A stretch of DNA of 38,707 bases from Parasitella parasitica NRRL 2501 (lineage: Eukaryota; Fungi; Mucoromycota), in NCBI GenBank assembly GCA_025201805.1, contig MU619382.1, positions 6,724 to 45,430 of the forward strand, written 5' to 3'. Positions 9,977 to 23,615 of the stretch are shown here, piece after piece. A program made the translations under genes and the position numbers. The number at the start of each line of letters is the position of its first letter. Within the stretch, counting starts at the first letter, position 1. Below the pieces are notes generated by a model. That model had not been told where the DNA came from. It was given only the letters and a program-made list of their open reading frames with translations, and did no database searches.

Positions 9977-12900
9977 CCTCGTCATACGGATCAGACAAGT
10001 GCCTCATATGGTTGGGTTCATCACGTTCATCGCCTGTATCAATGACAGTTTCAGGATGCACAATTCCTGGTTCTTCTTCGATATCTTCCAGATGCCATGT
10101 CAGTTCACGACCACCCTCGTCCTCATCCTCGTCTTGATCACTGATAAGCTGGGCTTCAGCATCGATGTCATCTTCGTCTTCATCCATTTCATCTGAATCA
10201 AAGTTGACACCTTCTTCATTTTCCTGATCACTTTCATCCATATCTGATAAATCACTTCCACTTTGTTCGTCAAAACTAAGCAAGTACAGTGCGCATACGT
10301 TAATCGTCCGATTGTGAGGTTGCCTATAGTACTTACTCTTCTTCCTCATCTGCCGACGATCCAAAAATATCGCTGTATTCGCCACTGTTATACTCGTCGT
10401 CATCAATGACACTTCCAGCATCAAACATGCCCAAGGCAGAGTTTCTGTAGAGGTCGGGGGCCTCTTCACCTTCCGCAACAGGAGTGCTAGGCACATGCAC
10501 ACCCTCTGCAGCTGTATCCATCTTGTCCTGATCGGCATCGTCGTCGTTATCAGAGCCATCGTCTGTTTTAATGGCCAATTTGGTCAGCTGCTCAAGAGGC
10601 CTTAGCATGGAGTTCAGGATGGTTTTCGAATGCGGGTAGTTGATATCAACATCGCTGATGGCAGACGTCAAAATAGCCACAAAATTCTTGTCCAGCATGA
10701 TCTTGGCGTTGCTCAAGACAGCATCCTCTTTATTGCTATTGTTGTTGTTATTGTTGCTATTGGTGTTGTTGGCGGCGTTACTTTGTCCACCACCACCAAG
10801 GGAACGAGGGATAGACGAGCCTACACTGGGCCGAGCATTCAGAATACGATGACAAAGGTCTGCCAACGCAAGATACTTGCTGTATTTGACAGAGGCAGTT
10901 TCGGAAGAAGCAACAGCCTCCTTCAAGGACCTGACCACAGCTTCCAAAACGTACTTTCTCACCTGAATCAGCTCATTCTTTTGCTGGGCACTCGCATCAT
11001 TGGATGATGAAGAGTCGTTAGTCATGGCAACCAATGTAGATGCAGTCCATGTAGATAGGCCTTGCTGTTTGCGGGATTCTTCAGAAGAGGGGTTGATGTG
11101 GTTGTAGGGCAGCAAGCCGTTGATCAGCATAGAGACAAAAGAGCGATGTTTCCCGTCCAGAGTAGTAGTGCGCTGTCCGTTTTGCTTCTTGCAAAAGTTG
11201 AATATGTCGTATTTGCATGACGGATAAGACGAGATCAATTCAACAAGGCATTGCAACAAGAAACCAGTGTACACAAACTTGATGTTTTCTTCTTTCTTTT
11301 GCTCTTCGTTCAGGGGATCCTTTCTACTGGCAACAGCAACAGCTTCTGTGCGCACTGTCATGATTTCATTCAGCAAATAGTAGACAACCACCTCCGAAGA
11401 AGGTGCGTTATCCGTTGGCGTCTTTTGATCCTCTTGCTTCTTCAACTTGATTTGATGGTTGATTTCAAATTCATCGTATCGAGCCAAGCGGCAAATATCG
11501 GTGGTTACTTGAACAAAGACTTGGGGTTCTCTCAGAGCAACATGAGCATTACTGCGGACAAAGGAGCTTATATCCATGTTGCGAGGACGTGGGTTTGTAA
11601 ACCAATTGGTAATGACATCTTTCATAGTGCTCTGCAAGACAGCTTTGCTTTCCACAATATGGCGCAAAATTAAAATGATAAAGGCTTGCTGACCTTGCAA
11701 GCCTTCCAGACTGGTTCTAGGCTTAGAGAACAGCAAAGGCACACCGCCAATGCCCAAGAAATGAAGTGCGGATTCATGGTCTTTGGTCAAACGAACAATC
11801 ATACGCAGAATGGCATAGATGTCGTCTCGAGACAATTTGGTCTTGCGCAAAAGAGACACGCAGCACTGCAACAGATTTCCCCGCTGTTCGGCAGAGATAC
11901 CTACGGGATTCGATGCCGAGCTGGTGCTGGGGACATTGGCGTCTTCCATGGTGACATCCTCATCATTTGGCTCGGCCTTACTCTTGTCCTTCAAGGAGCC
12001 GTCGTCGTCATCGTCTCCGTCAGATGAATCAGAAGAGAAAAACATGCCACTTCTACGGCTGTGTGTATCAAGTTTGACCTTTTTGGGCTCATCTGCTTGC
12101 GCAATGAAAGCTTCGATTACTAAAAAGATGGTGGCCGACCAAGCAGGTAAGGGATCATCTTGACCAAGACTAGAAAAGCTGAGCATGTCAAACAAAAAGG
12201 AAAACCGGTCGGCAAGTTTGGTCATTGCATTTTGCATGGAAGCTTCACGCAACAACAGGGCCAGCAGACGAAGACGGCTACTGAGCAATACAGACTTGCT
12301 GCTATCATTGCGGGTTTCGCTAATTTGGTCAGCGAGAAGGGTAATGATTCTGATGGAAGTTTTTGTCGTATTGGCACGCTTATGATGGTCAGCAGCTTGG
12401 TTTTCTTCTTCTTCTTCAAATTTGCCCAGAATGACGAGTAGATCACGAACATCAAACACGAGGTCTTCTCGTTTGTCGGCCAATGCGAGCAAAGCAATGG
12501 GCAATGACTGACACAAAGATTGACGGGCGCTTTTCAGTTCCTTGACATTTTCTGAAGGCTCTTTTGTATTGTTGCTTGAGCTAGAGCCTGCTTCGTTATT
12601 GCCATTGTTGTTGTGGTTGTTGAAGGACAAATGACGACGTAGTCCCGAAGAGGGCTCAAGGCCAATGTTGTATTCGTTACTCAACGATTCGACAAATGTG
12701 CCAATAACTTCCTCCATATTGTTGTCGGAATCATTTGCCAAGCTGATATCATCATCTTCATGTGCATCGTCAATGCCGTTTTCATCTCCACTTTGGTGTT
12801 CATGCTCATGCTCATGACCGTGCTCATGCTCATGCTCATGTTCTTCATCGCTAGATGCATCGTTGTTGATTTGCGCATCTTCTTGTGTGTTGGTGCCTGT

Positions 12901-15565
12901 TGGCGCTGCATCAGACGATGTCTCGGTGGCAGGAGGAGCTGGAGGAGTCGTGGTTGCTGTAGTGGTTGCAGTTGCTGATCCACCACCGAAGATAGGGGTG
13001 GGATGGCTAAACAAGTAGTCGACAGCACGAGACACTTGGTTGTTGCAACGAACAAGCGCTTGTTCAGCCGATGCTCTTTCAAAGCCCATATCGACCAATG
13101 TCTGTATGTTGCGCTCGGCAGCAACCACAGGAGTGCGCAGTAAAGTGAAGGGCGAGCTCATTAGTGGCGCTGTAAAGGTACCAAATGGATCAGCATTAAG
13201 ACCATTTGATGTTGCTGTAGACGACAAGCTCGAAAAACCACCTTCTCCCTTCATGATTTGTTGAAAGATCTTGATCAATGTCTGGTTCACAGCCTTTGAG
13301 AACAGGTGCAGCTGCGGGCATGTCAAATAGTCTTTTAAAGGAATCAATTTAAGCTCCAGATTGATGATCCACTCATACGGATCAAAGTAATCGTCTGCCT
13401 TTTTGTTCTTTTGGATCAAGGCTGTAGTGTAAGCCGAATCTCGCAGTGATTTGGGCGAGCTGATATGGAGCAGCACATTCAGCAAACTCTCGATACTCGC
13501 GTTGATTCGACCGAGAGGCTCCTTGTTCTTTTCTTTATCGGCAAACAAGGCCTGGGCATCTGTCCACATTTGCTTCAGGTTGCTTATAAGCAGATCAATA
13601 CCCCCCTGTTTTTCGAAAGCAATAGCTAATGGCGTCTGAAGCGATGACTGGGTGCGTTCATCTCTCAAAAGGAGCGATGTCATGGTATAAACAGATGTCA
13701 AATAGTCATATTTACAAGTAGGAGCAGTAGCTTTGGTGACGGGAGACCAAGTGATATTGTCCTTTAAGATATCTGACATGTATTCAGCCAGCTTCATGGT
13801 TTGGGATTTAGGGAGTGCTCCACCTGTGCGACGACTGACAGAAACCTTGATGAGACCTTGGAAAATAGGCATCAATAATTGGGGCACCTCAGTCAACAGA
13901 ATCTTGAAATGCTTGATATTCACCATACGGGGATCCTTGACAGGCGGTGCCTTTCCCTCATCATTCTTCTTGGAAGCTTCCTTTTCTGTGCAAGCAGGAG
14001 CCTCTGTAGAGGAGGAGGACGTTGCAGCATCCTCCGCACCGGTTGCAGTAGATGCTTCTGTGTGTGCATTTGCACTGTAGATACCTAATGGGTGCTCTGT
14101 CATGCTTGCAGGGCCCTTCTTCAGAGCAGAAAGAGCATTAGCAGCCGAGGACGATTTGACAGCATACCAAGCTGGAGGCAAGGCCTCTTTCAGCAATATA
14201 TTCTCCCATACCATAGCTCTGTGGAGCTGGCCGAGCAATTGGATGATGTTTTCTTGCTTTGATTCAGACAAGAATTCCGTTACTAGAGAAGCGCCGTTTC
14301 GGCCATGAGTCAACACAGATGAGCAGCAGATATTGGACAAAAGACCAACGTAGCCGTGCAGCTGAATCATTTGGCGCAGAACGTTGTTTCCGCGCTCAAC
14401 CTTGTCTGTTTCTGTTGCATTGACATCTACAAACTCAACCAGCGTACTCTTCTGGTAGTCGTCCGCCTTTTCCGTGACGAACCGGATGGATTCCTTCACT
14501 TTGGCAGCAATGGCAAGCACAGTAGGTAAGGGGCTGACTTCGCTGATCATACGGAATAAGTAAGAGAGAGAATCCGACGCAATTGTAACCGAAAAGTGGG
14601 CAGGCAAAAGTGGGAGAGAGTAATAATTGAGCAGCATCTCTGGGCATCCTTCCTCGACAAATTCTTTGATGTTGGACTGATTTTGGAATAGACCTTCTAG
14701 GAATCGAGAAACCAAATCAATGAATGACACGAGCAAGCATTCAACCTTTTCAGGCTTTTCTTCTTCATCCTCTGCAGTGTGGCTACAGGACATGTTGGTA
14801 TCTTCAGAAGATGTTTGCAACAAATGGCTATTATCAGTTGATTTTCCAACACCATTCATATCTGAACCCATTTCAATTACTTTTTTAATTAGAGATGTAA
14901 CACATTGGAATACAGAAGCTTTTAAGGATGGATGATGGCGGATCAACTCATCCATAGTAGACCCCAATCCAGTTGCACTATCTACATCCATGGGATTCCG
15001 TAAGAAATCATGAGATGTCATTAATTCAAAAAAGTGGGGCAGAGGTTCTTCAGCATTGAACATCTCGAGACCTTGAGTATTCAAACACATTGCGCCGAAT
15101 GCATTTACTGCAGCCATCAAAACTTCGTTGTTGGGTGAATCGTAGGTTGATATCGTGTGTAAAAAGCTCTGAGGCAGTTTTGCTTCTTGCAAGATGGGTA
15201 ATGAAGTAGGCTCATTATGAATAAATGTGGTGCTTACATTAATTGCCAATGCAAATATGCTGTTACCAAACAGCTTTGGTTCTTCCATGATTAGCTTTAA
15301 TGATTGTGGCAGGGTGGAATCAATCAAATTTCGAAGTCCGTCTGCGGTACCTGAGGATTCCATCATGCGTAAAAGAAATTTGAGCATTGCTTTGATGGTG
15401 GATAATCTATCATAGGAGACAGTCGTTGTGTTATCAGCCATAGTCTTTTTTGAGCAAGTTTCAATTTCCATCTAAAAANNNNNNNNNNGATGGTGGATAA
15501 TCTATCATAGGAGACAGTCGTTGTGTTATCAGCCATAGTCTTTTTTGAGCAAGTTTCAATTTCCA

Positions 15566-15614
<49 letters not shown>

Positions 15615-17273
15615 AAAAAAAAAAAAAAAAAAAGCCCCCCAAATAAAATAAAAATGTTATTAATGATCACTGATAACCTTTTTTTTTTTGTTTTTTCAAC
15701 AAGTGATCAAACTGTACCTTGATGCGATTCAATAATGTATCAAGACCATTGGCGTTGCAAAAAGCGGAAAATGATGTAGCAAACGAATTTACAATAGTAT
15801 CGATAAGTCCCACAACCTTTGCTAAGTTTTTCAGCTGTGTGTATTGATGATTTCCAACGATTTGAACCAATGTGGGGATCATGCCTGCAGACATCAACAT
15901 TTGCCCACCTGGTTGCGTTTGTAACAGGTAAGACACAAATGTAAATAAAGCATCCAAGAAAGACTGGGGATATGCTTCGTTTAAATTGGTCTTGCGTAAA
16001 ATTTGCATCATCGTTCCGTGATTTGCAGATGCATTCACAGCAATAAGAACTTCGGAGAGTTTGCTTCGATGCCTGGTGATAGCATCAAGAGCGTATAATA
16101 CATAAGTTTGGATAGTCTACATAGCAAGGGCATTTTAGTCATCCTATCATCTAGCACATAATCTATACATACGGTATCTACTTGCTTCTCAGGAGAGATC
16201 AATTCTGCTAATTGTGAGATCAAGTAAGGTTCATAAATAAAGACCTTGCTCTGTGCAGTGGTTTCAGAGACCGCATGAGCTACGAAAGAAAACACGTTAG
16301 CCATGAAAATAACACTCTACAATCACCACGGATTACATACACATGATTGATATAGCCAAAATACGGATGCCAAGCAACTGTCTTCTCTTTTCAGGTTCGC
16401 TTACATGCTTTGCAATTCGGATCCTATTTGCCAATTCAAACTGGGATTCTTTGGGAACGTTGTACTTTTTAACGAGATCCATAAATATTTCCACGTCGTC
16501 CTTTTGAAACTCTTGATCCGCCATGACTTCAGTGATGACTTGGTGGCCTTCTGTTGTTGTCGTACGATAGAACTGAAGATTTATCGTCGTCATTTTAGGC
16601 GTAAAAGTTAAATCCTGAGCAATGTGTAGCAAATCAACGGGAATCTGGCTCCAGCCTCGAGCCAATTCTACGATTTTGTCTTGGGGAACAACAAACGACG
16701 AACGGATTGCTCTGGGGTTGTTGATTCTCTGAGCTGGTCGAATCATGAAATGAAGCACTTGTTGTAATACGTCCATGTCAAAAGTGTTTAATAGCATGGA
16801 GAGATACTGCGATGACCACACAATGTAAGCAACAAAGCATCTCAATTTTAAGAGGGAGAGCCTCAACTTACCTCGTATGAATTGTAAATATTTCTGTTGG
16901 TGCAATTTTCAAATAGTGTACGTGAGAGGTCAATGATGGCCAAAATGAGCTCTTTTGTCTGCTTGTCGAATTGCTTTGTTTGGATCTCCTTTAAGTTGTA
17001 TTCATTGCAAATGTCGAGCAAAATATTGTCGAATCTATCGAGCACAGCAACCCAATGGAATAAATCACCTCTTGCATACGGCCATGAGCTTAATTCTCGG
17101 ATTGTAGTGGGGATGTGCTCTATTCCTTCTGTTTCCAATCGTCTAATCAAGTCACTCAGCTGACGTGGCTAGTTCAAAACATGTTAGTAGATTGAATATA
17201 TCACTAGCGTTGCAACGGAAATCTAGCTTACCAAGGGTGCTAACTTTTTGGATGGCGATTTCTTAATCTTCAT
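5430..17273 (-). CDS. TOM1: HECT E3 ubiquitin ligase Tom1/HUWE1/Ptr1, ~3,600+ aa, at least 11 exons
   Basis: Inferred exons (minus strand): 17232-17273, 16872-17168, 16341-16806, 16173-16279, 15718-16116, 10337-15471, 9978-10275, 9615-9858, 8239-~9462 (its start is in an N gap), 5591-8165 and 5430-5532. Domains: N-terminal armadillo region (RGDLFHWVAVLDRFD, NRNIYNSYE, IHNEPTSLPILQEA), UBA (LVDMGFERASAEQAL), UBM/DUF4414 motifs (EFLEALP), and HECT (GVDAGGVTREWF, LLQFATGTSKVP, LPSAHTC|FNQVDLP, ending GFAFV). Confidence 0.97.
9936..9970. repeat. (TA)n microsatellite in a TOM1 intron
   Basis: Uninterrupted TA dinucleotide run inside intron 9859-9977. Confidence 0.9.
15394..15573. other. Assembly artefact: ~85-bp exact duplication flanking a 10-N gap
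   Basis: 15394-15478 is repeated from 15489 onward, on either side of the Ns at 15479-15488 and next to a long poly-A. Confidence 0.85.
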
Positions 17274-17834
17274 TGATCGCGACAAAGTGTTTTTATTGAT
17301 GTACTGTAACCGTTTTTTTAAAAAAAAAAGAAAAAAAACGTTGGCTTTTGTTTGAAAATGCAAAGATGTTACAAACCTTTTATTGTTCTGAATGAAGCTG
17401 TCAAGTGCAAATTTTGATGTAAACAAGGAAAAAGAAAAAGAGAAGAAAAAGATGAAAAGTCTCCCAACAGCTGCGAACCTTTTTTTTTTTTATGTATGAA
17501 AAAAAAAAAAAAACCTGAAAATACAACCTCGAGGGAGTTCCAATAAACGATGATAGTATCATGTACTCGGCTAAAGAGTACGTCATGGAATGATCCGGAA
17601 CAACAACCCGGGACTAAGATGTATACATGGTTCATGCCCAAAAGACTGAAAGCATTGCGTGATGGCAGGTGGCATGAAACCTGCTGCAGGTCGCGGTTGG
17701 GAATGAGGCGATCTCTTCTGGATGCGTACAGCCTGAAACTTGCAAGATTTCAACATTTCATTGCTTGAAAAGTCTCAATGTATCTAATCAGCACAAGGGA
17801 TTCAAAGTTAGGTGTAGACAGTGCTACTTTGTAC

Positions 17835-18300
17835 TACCACTGGTATGATTTTAGTTTGCACCAAAAAGTTTCATGTCATGTTGTCGAGTTGCGCACTGGC
17901 TCATCTCCAAAGACTATTGAGGCGGTTATCTGCGATGCATGGTGCTCAATCGGCTCTTGTGTGTTTTTATATGCTTTGAAATCCATGAGGGCATATTTAC
18001 ACTGAGGATCCTTCTAGCTGATGTCAAGGACATCGCCATGAATATTTAATACTGCAAAGAAAAAGGATTGGGAAATGTGCTCTGCGCTCATATATGGGAT
18101 CTAACTAGATGCTATCAACTAGCGCCTCCAAACTATTCATATTTTTCAAACGAAGGGTGGGGGAGCAATGTGGTTGCCGCTATTAGATGAAACTGGAGAG
18201 TTGGGGATGTGAAAGATGCTCTCAGCGTGTCTTGATAGATTGCTGGTGGGCAGAGGCTGTAGCGAAGCAGGCCATCACCCCAACATTGTTTGGACATGTA
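17835..18300 (+). mobile_element. Possible highly decayed non-LTR (LINE-like) reverse transcriptase relic
   Basis: Broken frames read ...ALAHLQRLLRRLSAMHGAQSAL..., ...RILLADVKDIAMNI*YCKEKGLG..., ...GWGSNVVAAIR... and ...VGRGC...AITPTLF. These resemble, in order, LINE RT segments LANRL..L...IH..Q.GF, R.I.DN, GF....I..I and RG.RQG.P.SP.LF. Weak, by eye only. Confidence 0.35.
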
Positions 18301-18579
18301 AAATTTGAGAATAAACCTTAGTACAGACAATGGTAAAAATAATGTTCATACTACACGGCCTTGAATCATTCGTGAATCAGAGTAGTAAGCAAAGAAGGGA
18401 CGTGAAAAAGAGACAAGAAAGCTGAGCAATGCACACAAAGCTGGCACCGAAACGCTGCTTGTTTGGTGGTTGATGTTGTGGCGTTGCCGGGATAACGTGG
18501 CGCTGGCTTTAAGAATGCGCTGCCGTAAGATTGCCGCAAACGCGCGTCTCTTCTTTCTTTATAGAAAAAAAAAAAAAAC

Positions 18580-20554
18580 ATGCCTAAATTAAACGTTACA
18601 GTCAAGTGGAGTGGCAAGAAGTTTGAAAGCCTAGAGTTGGGTAAGTGTCCAAAAACGAACTGTATACCAAGCAGCTATATACAAACGATATTTGTAGATA
18701 CTGATGAGTCAGCTGAACTTTTCAAGACTCAAATCTACTCTCAAACTGGTGTGCCTCCCGAACGTCAAAAGATTATGGTCAAAGGTGGCATTTTAAAGGT
18801 ATTTAAACAAATGCTATGCATAGAAGCCTCAATTGATTTGCTCACCATGTTTACGTAGAACGATACAAACATGAATGAATTAGGCTTGAAGGATGTAAAT
18901 ACGCAAAAAAAAAAAAAATTAGCATAATACAATTTCAAGCGCTAATGTATACATGTAGGGCCACAGTTTCATGATGATGGGCACTGCCGGTGAACTTCCT
19001 AAACCACCTCCAGAGCCTGTCCAATTTTTGGAAGACATGACAGATGCTCAAGTTGCTGAGGCTGTAAGATGGAACCTATTAATGGCTTGTGTACAATGCT
19101 AACCACGTTTTTGGTAGTTGGACATTCCTCCTGGGTTGGAGAATCTTGGGAATACATGCTACATGGTAAATAATGCAATGAAGTGGGGGGGGGGGAAGCG
19201 AGGAGAGTGATATCAAATTAATCATTTTTTTTTTCGGTTCTAGAATGCCACTTTACAGTGTCTGCGTGCAATGCCAGAACTTCAAAAGTCTTTAGAAAAG
19301 TACCAGGGTGGATTGAATGGCGTTGACAACCGCGGAAATCTGGTTGCTAGTCTACGTGATCTTTTTGTTAATCTGAACAAAGTATCCGATGGCTTTCCTC
19401 CTTTGGTCTTCTGGCAGGTAAAATTTATAAAAATCAAAAAAGAGTCTTCAAAATTGTACTAAGCACGAGAAATCAGATGCTTCGCCAATCATTTCCCCAA
19501 TTCTCTCAAACGGGTCAAGGTGGCGTTCCCATGCAACAAGATGCTGAGGAATGCTGGAGCGAACTTATCTCTGTATTGAAGGCCAAGTTACCCAACGACG
19601 AATCTGAACGCAATTTTATCCAGCGCTACATGACGGGTGAGCTCCAAACAGTGTAAGTTTCCATGATGCACATGATTCATGCGGTATTGAGATTTCTATT
19701 GCACATTTGTAGAACTACCTGCGATGAAGCTCCCGAGGAAGATAAAGTTGTATCTGTCGATTCATTCAACAAATTGAGCTGCCATATCTCTATTAGTAAG
19801 CTCTGAACGACACGCTATCAAAACACCTGACTGATGTTTTGCCTTTATAGGCATTAATTACATGATTAACGGCATTTTGGAATCATTGAACGAAGAGTTG
19901 GAAAAGACTTCTCCTACGTTGAACCGTACGGCTAAATACACTCGCAAATCCCGTGTGAGCCGTCTCCCCCAATACTTGCCGATTCAATTCGTTCGTTTCT
20001 TCTGGAAGCCCCAAGAACAAGTGAAAGCCAAGATTCTACGCAAGGTCAAGTTTCCTCTTGAATTTGACGCCACCGAAATCTGCACTCCCGAACTTCAAAA
20101 TAAATTCACCAAAGCCAAGTTGAAGATCAAGCAAGTGGAGGATAAAAAGGTAGCTAAAGAGAGAGACGAAAAGCGCAGGAAGATGAATAATGATATCAGC
20201 GGCTCTTCTTCAAGCACCACTCCCGCAGCTGCTTCATCAGAAAGCAAGAGCGACCCTATGGACACTGATGAAGAAAAGGTTGATTGGACTGAATATTTAG
20301 ATCCGGAACTTGTCAAAGATATTGGATGTAATCCAACCGGTCAATACGAGCTTGCTGCTGTTTTGACACACGTTGGGCGCTCTGCTGACTCTGGCCACTA
20401 TATCGCTTGGGTCAAGAAGGGCCACAATGAATGGCACAAATTTGATGATGATAAGGTTTCTGTGCTTCAAGATGCTGATATCGAACGTCTGGACGGCGGA
20501 GGAGATTGGCATACTGCCTATATTGTTTTGTACAGAGCTAAAAAACTTGACTAG
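18580..20554 (+). CDS. UBP6: Proteasome-associated ubiquitin C-terminal hydrolase Ubp6/USP14, about 9 exons
   Basis: N-terminal UBL (VTVKWSGKKFE...FKTQIYSQTGVPPERQKIMVKGG), Cys box GLENLGNTCYM|NATLQCL, QQDAEECW, His box LTHVGRSADSGHYIAWVK...KFDDDKV, and C-terminal GGGDWHTAYIVLY. Short GT-AG introns. Confidence 0.97.
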
Positions 20555-20596
20555 TTGAAAATTATTATGAATCAAGCGCTATTCTTTTATTTTGTT

Positions 20597-22045
20597 TTAA
20601 AAATAAACTTGCACAGCTTGATCTATAGATGATTCTGAAGGACAATAAGGACACTTGAACCTTGAAGCAGCCCTACTGTTTCTTGATAATCGAGTTAAGC
20701 TCTCTTTACAAATGACATGGCCGCAGGACATCATCATGGGCGGGTTTTCATCGGTTGTCTGCTCTTTCGATACAGGACAAGCAAATACTGAATGATATCT
20801 GAGTTCTTCGTCAAGAGGTATTTCAACAGGCAGCTCGTCCTGCGCACTCCATTCTGTTTTTTTGCTTGCCATGATTGTAAATAACTTCATGATTACTGGT
20901 AAAGCTGTAGTGCCAACGTACACGCTGCAAGATGATCATTAGTACGTACGTATTTGATTTTCGAGATTTATATGAAACAAACCTGGTATAAAGAGGGCTT
21001 TCCGAACTCATTTTTAACAGCGAGCAGAAATCTCTTTGAAATTGATGCTTGATTTCAGCCCAATTAGATGGTGAGCATAAATCAGCATAGCGAGATGTTG
21101 ATATATCATTTATATACAGAGGTGCAGTCATTAGCCTCTTGATTTCTATGGGCAAAGTCAGCATCTTTTAGCCTTGTTCCACATGGATATCTTCAAGCTT
21201 ACCAGGATAGTTTTTTTCGCCAAAAGTATGGAAATGCTGTCTGCCGTAATTAACGGCTTCAAGTGCATTTCCACCTAGCAATAGCTGAATGAACTTCATA
21301 CGATGCAAATTAAATTCCAGGGAGCTCCCTAACTTTCGTAAACCATCATGGTGTTCCTCAGTCCATCTTTTTTATTTGAAAGCCTTGGGTTAGTATCGAT
21401 GACAAGGGCAAACAGTTCACGGTTCTTACTTGATTGCAGACGATAAGTCTTTTTCTTTTTCCAATTGATTTAAAACGGTGTACATTTGTTCAAATTCGGC
21501 TTTTAAATGCTCGACTGTAGAACGCAGTTCATCATCAATTGGCACCTGAGCTTCGTCCATGAATTCATCACATAACTCAAACTTTCCCTGCCGTATGAAA
21601 TGCAGAGCTAAAGCACGAATTATCAAGCCTTCTTTGCCGGCAAATGCTTCTGGGTGATAAATAAGCGAAATGTCTTGCTTAAATTTCTAAAAATAATACT
21701 TGTGTGAGCTATAATATTCCCTACAGATTACATGTTCTTTTATTTACTCTTTCCAAATCTCTATTCAACTTCTTCAAGCAGGCTTCAAATTCTTTTTGTG
21801 GTTTTTGAAATTGTAGTTTTTTTGCTGCTTCTTTTACCTCTATGATGATTTGTTCCGGGTTGCTGTCATCTATGCAAGTGTTTAGAGCATATACGATTAG
21901 TTGTGCCATTGACCTTACCAGTTGCAAGTGATTGTTTCTTTAGCTTCAATATTTCCTGGAAGGAGCTTAATTTTTCAAGAATTGCATCTTGCATAACAAC
22001 TTGCGTATTTTGCATGTCTTGACATGATTTTTGAATAGTATCCAT
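20597..22045 (-). CDS. RMD5: GID/CTLH complex RING E3 subunit Rmd5/Gid2 (RMND5), multi-exon
   Basis: Starts [12 protein letters not shown] at 22045. LisH-like [28 protein letters not shown] segment [16 protein letters not shown] and FQRDFCSLL...ESPLY, and degenerate [12 protein letters not shown]...[30 protein letters not shown]...FKCPYCP. Confidence 0.95.
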
Positions 22046-23615
22046 TTCGAGGTGCTGAAGAAAGAAGTGTTGATCAAAATGGAAGGAAAAATGGAAAATG
22101 TGGAAAATACTCATCAATTTGTAGTCCGCATGTACCATGCTAAAATCAAACCATCATGGTTTTGAACAAAACATATAGGCATCTCTCTCAACAAAAGTTC
22201 TCACTAATGAAATCTGTCGTTCTTATTATACGCACTTGTAAGACTTATTTAGCATAGCAAAATACATATCACGACAATGTTTTGTTTTCAAACATTCGTT
22301 GAATAATCTACGCTTTGTTGCCTTTACCTTTATTGTCTAATTTGAAAACAATTGCAGCCAAAGATCTTTCACGACTGATTATTTGTCGAGAGTAGGCAGG
22401 AACACTACGACATAATAAAGCTTAAACAATTATACTAGTAACTCATTAAAATGAAAGTTGCAGCGAAATGCAGTAAAAGATAAGGATTCCTGCTGGGTAA
22501 TCAGCCCTTATTTTACATCTCTAATTTATGTTACCCGGTTGCTTGTTTTACTAGCTGCCAATTTGTATGGTAATTACTCGGTGTGTTTTCGTTACCCTTG
22601 ATGTTTTTGCGCTGTAGTTTCTAATCGACCGTTCGAACTTGAATAGTTTACTATCATACTACTTGTATTGATCTGGGATGGTTATTCATCAGGACAGCTA
22701 TTCGTCGCGAAAAACGCCAATAGCATTTCGCACGCTCTACTTTTTGGTCATTTAACCTCGACTCTCGTTATCTGTTTGCAACTTGAAACTCAAAGCTAGA
22801 ACACCATGTCAATTATAGCAAACCGATGCAGCAGTTACGTTCAAAACCTTCAGATATTGAAAATTCAACACATTTCAATAGATTCCTTTATTGCAAATGG
22901 TAAAAGCAATAATTTTTTTTAATTGGGAAATGCTGATTTCAAGAATAATGGTAATACTGGACGATGATGGGATAATAATTGGAAGTAACTTTATTACATA
23001 AATGATGGATCCAAAGTACATTATGTGTTTGTTGTGAACTATACGTCTCAACGTAAGTTTAGATATTCTGATCCTCTACAGTATATGTTCAAACACAAAG
23101 TGGAAAGGCTATAATTGTATTTCCTTGCTGAGTGTTTATTCTTTTATTCAATTAATGTTTTGTGTTGATTTATATGTTCGAAAATAAAAACCAACTGTTT
23201 ATTGATATTGTTGTATATCTAACATAGTGGTATTTCTTTTACAAATAAGGAATAAGCTGCTACAAGTTGTAATTGAACCTCTTGCAAGGTTCTACGCTTA
23301 TTCAAAGATTACATCAAGATCAGATCGCGGGATGCCGGAGAGACATCCTACTTAATCTTCTCTTTAATGTAAAATAGAAGAATAGGTCTGTCCTGGATAT
23401 GCTGTGATTTAATAAGGTTAGACACTTCTTGTCAAACATCAGATGTTTTGAGGATAAACACTGGGTGGGATATATTTTAGTATAAATAGAGATCATATCT
23501 TATGTCAATAAAAGTCTCAAGTTTTGTATCTGGTTTTATTTAGAAAAAGTCTTTATTACTTTTTTCATATAACATCAACACAACATTTCACTGCGCCCCT
23601 TGACACTGGCACAGC

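Noticed and set aside
15394-15573. Tandem duplication of a TOM1 exon start (possible alternative exon)
   Set aside because: The copies are identical and flank a 10-N scaffold gap beside a long poly-A, typical of an unmerged contig overlap.
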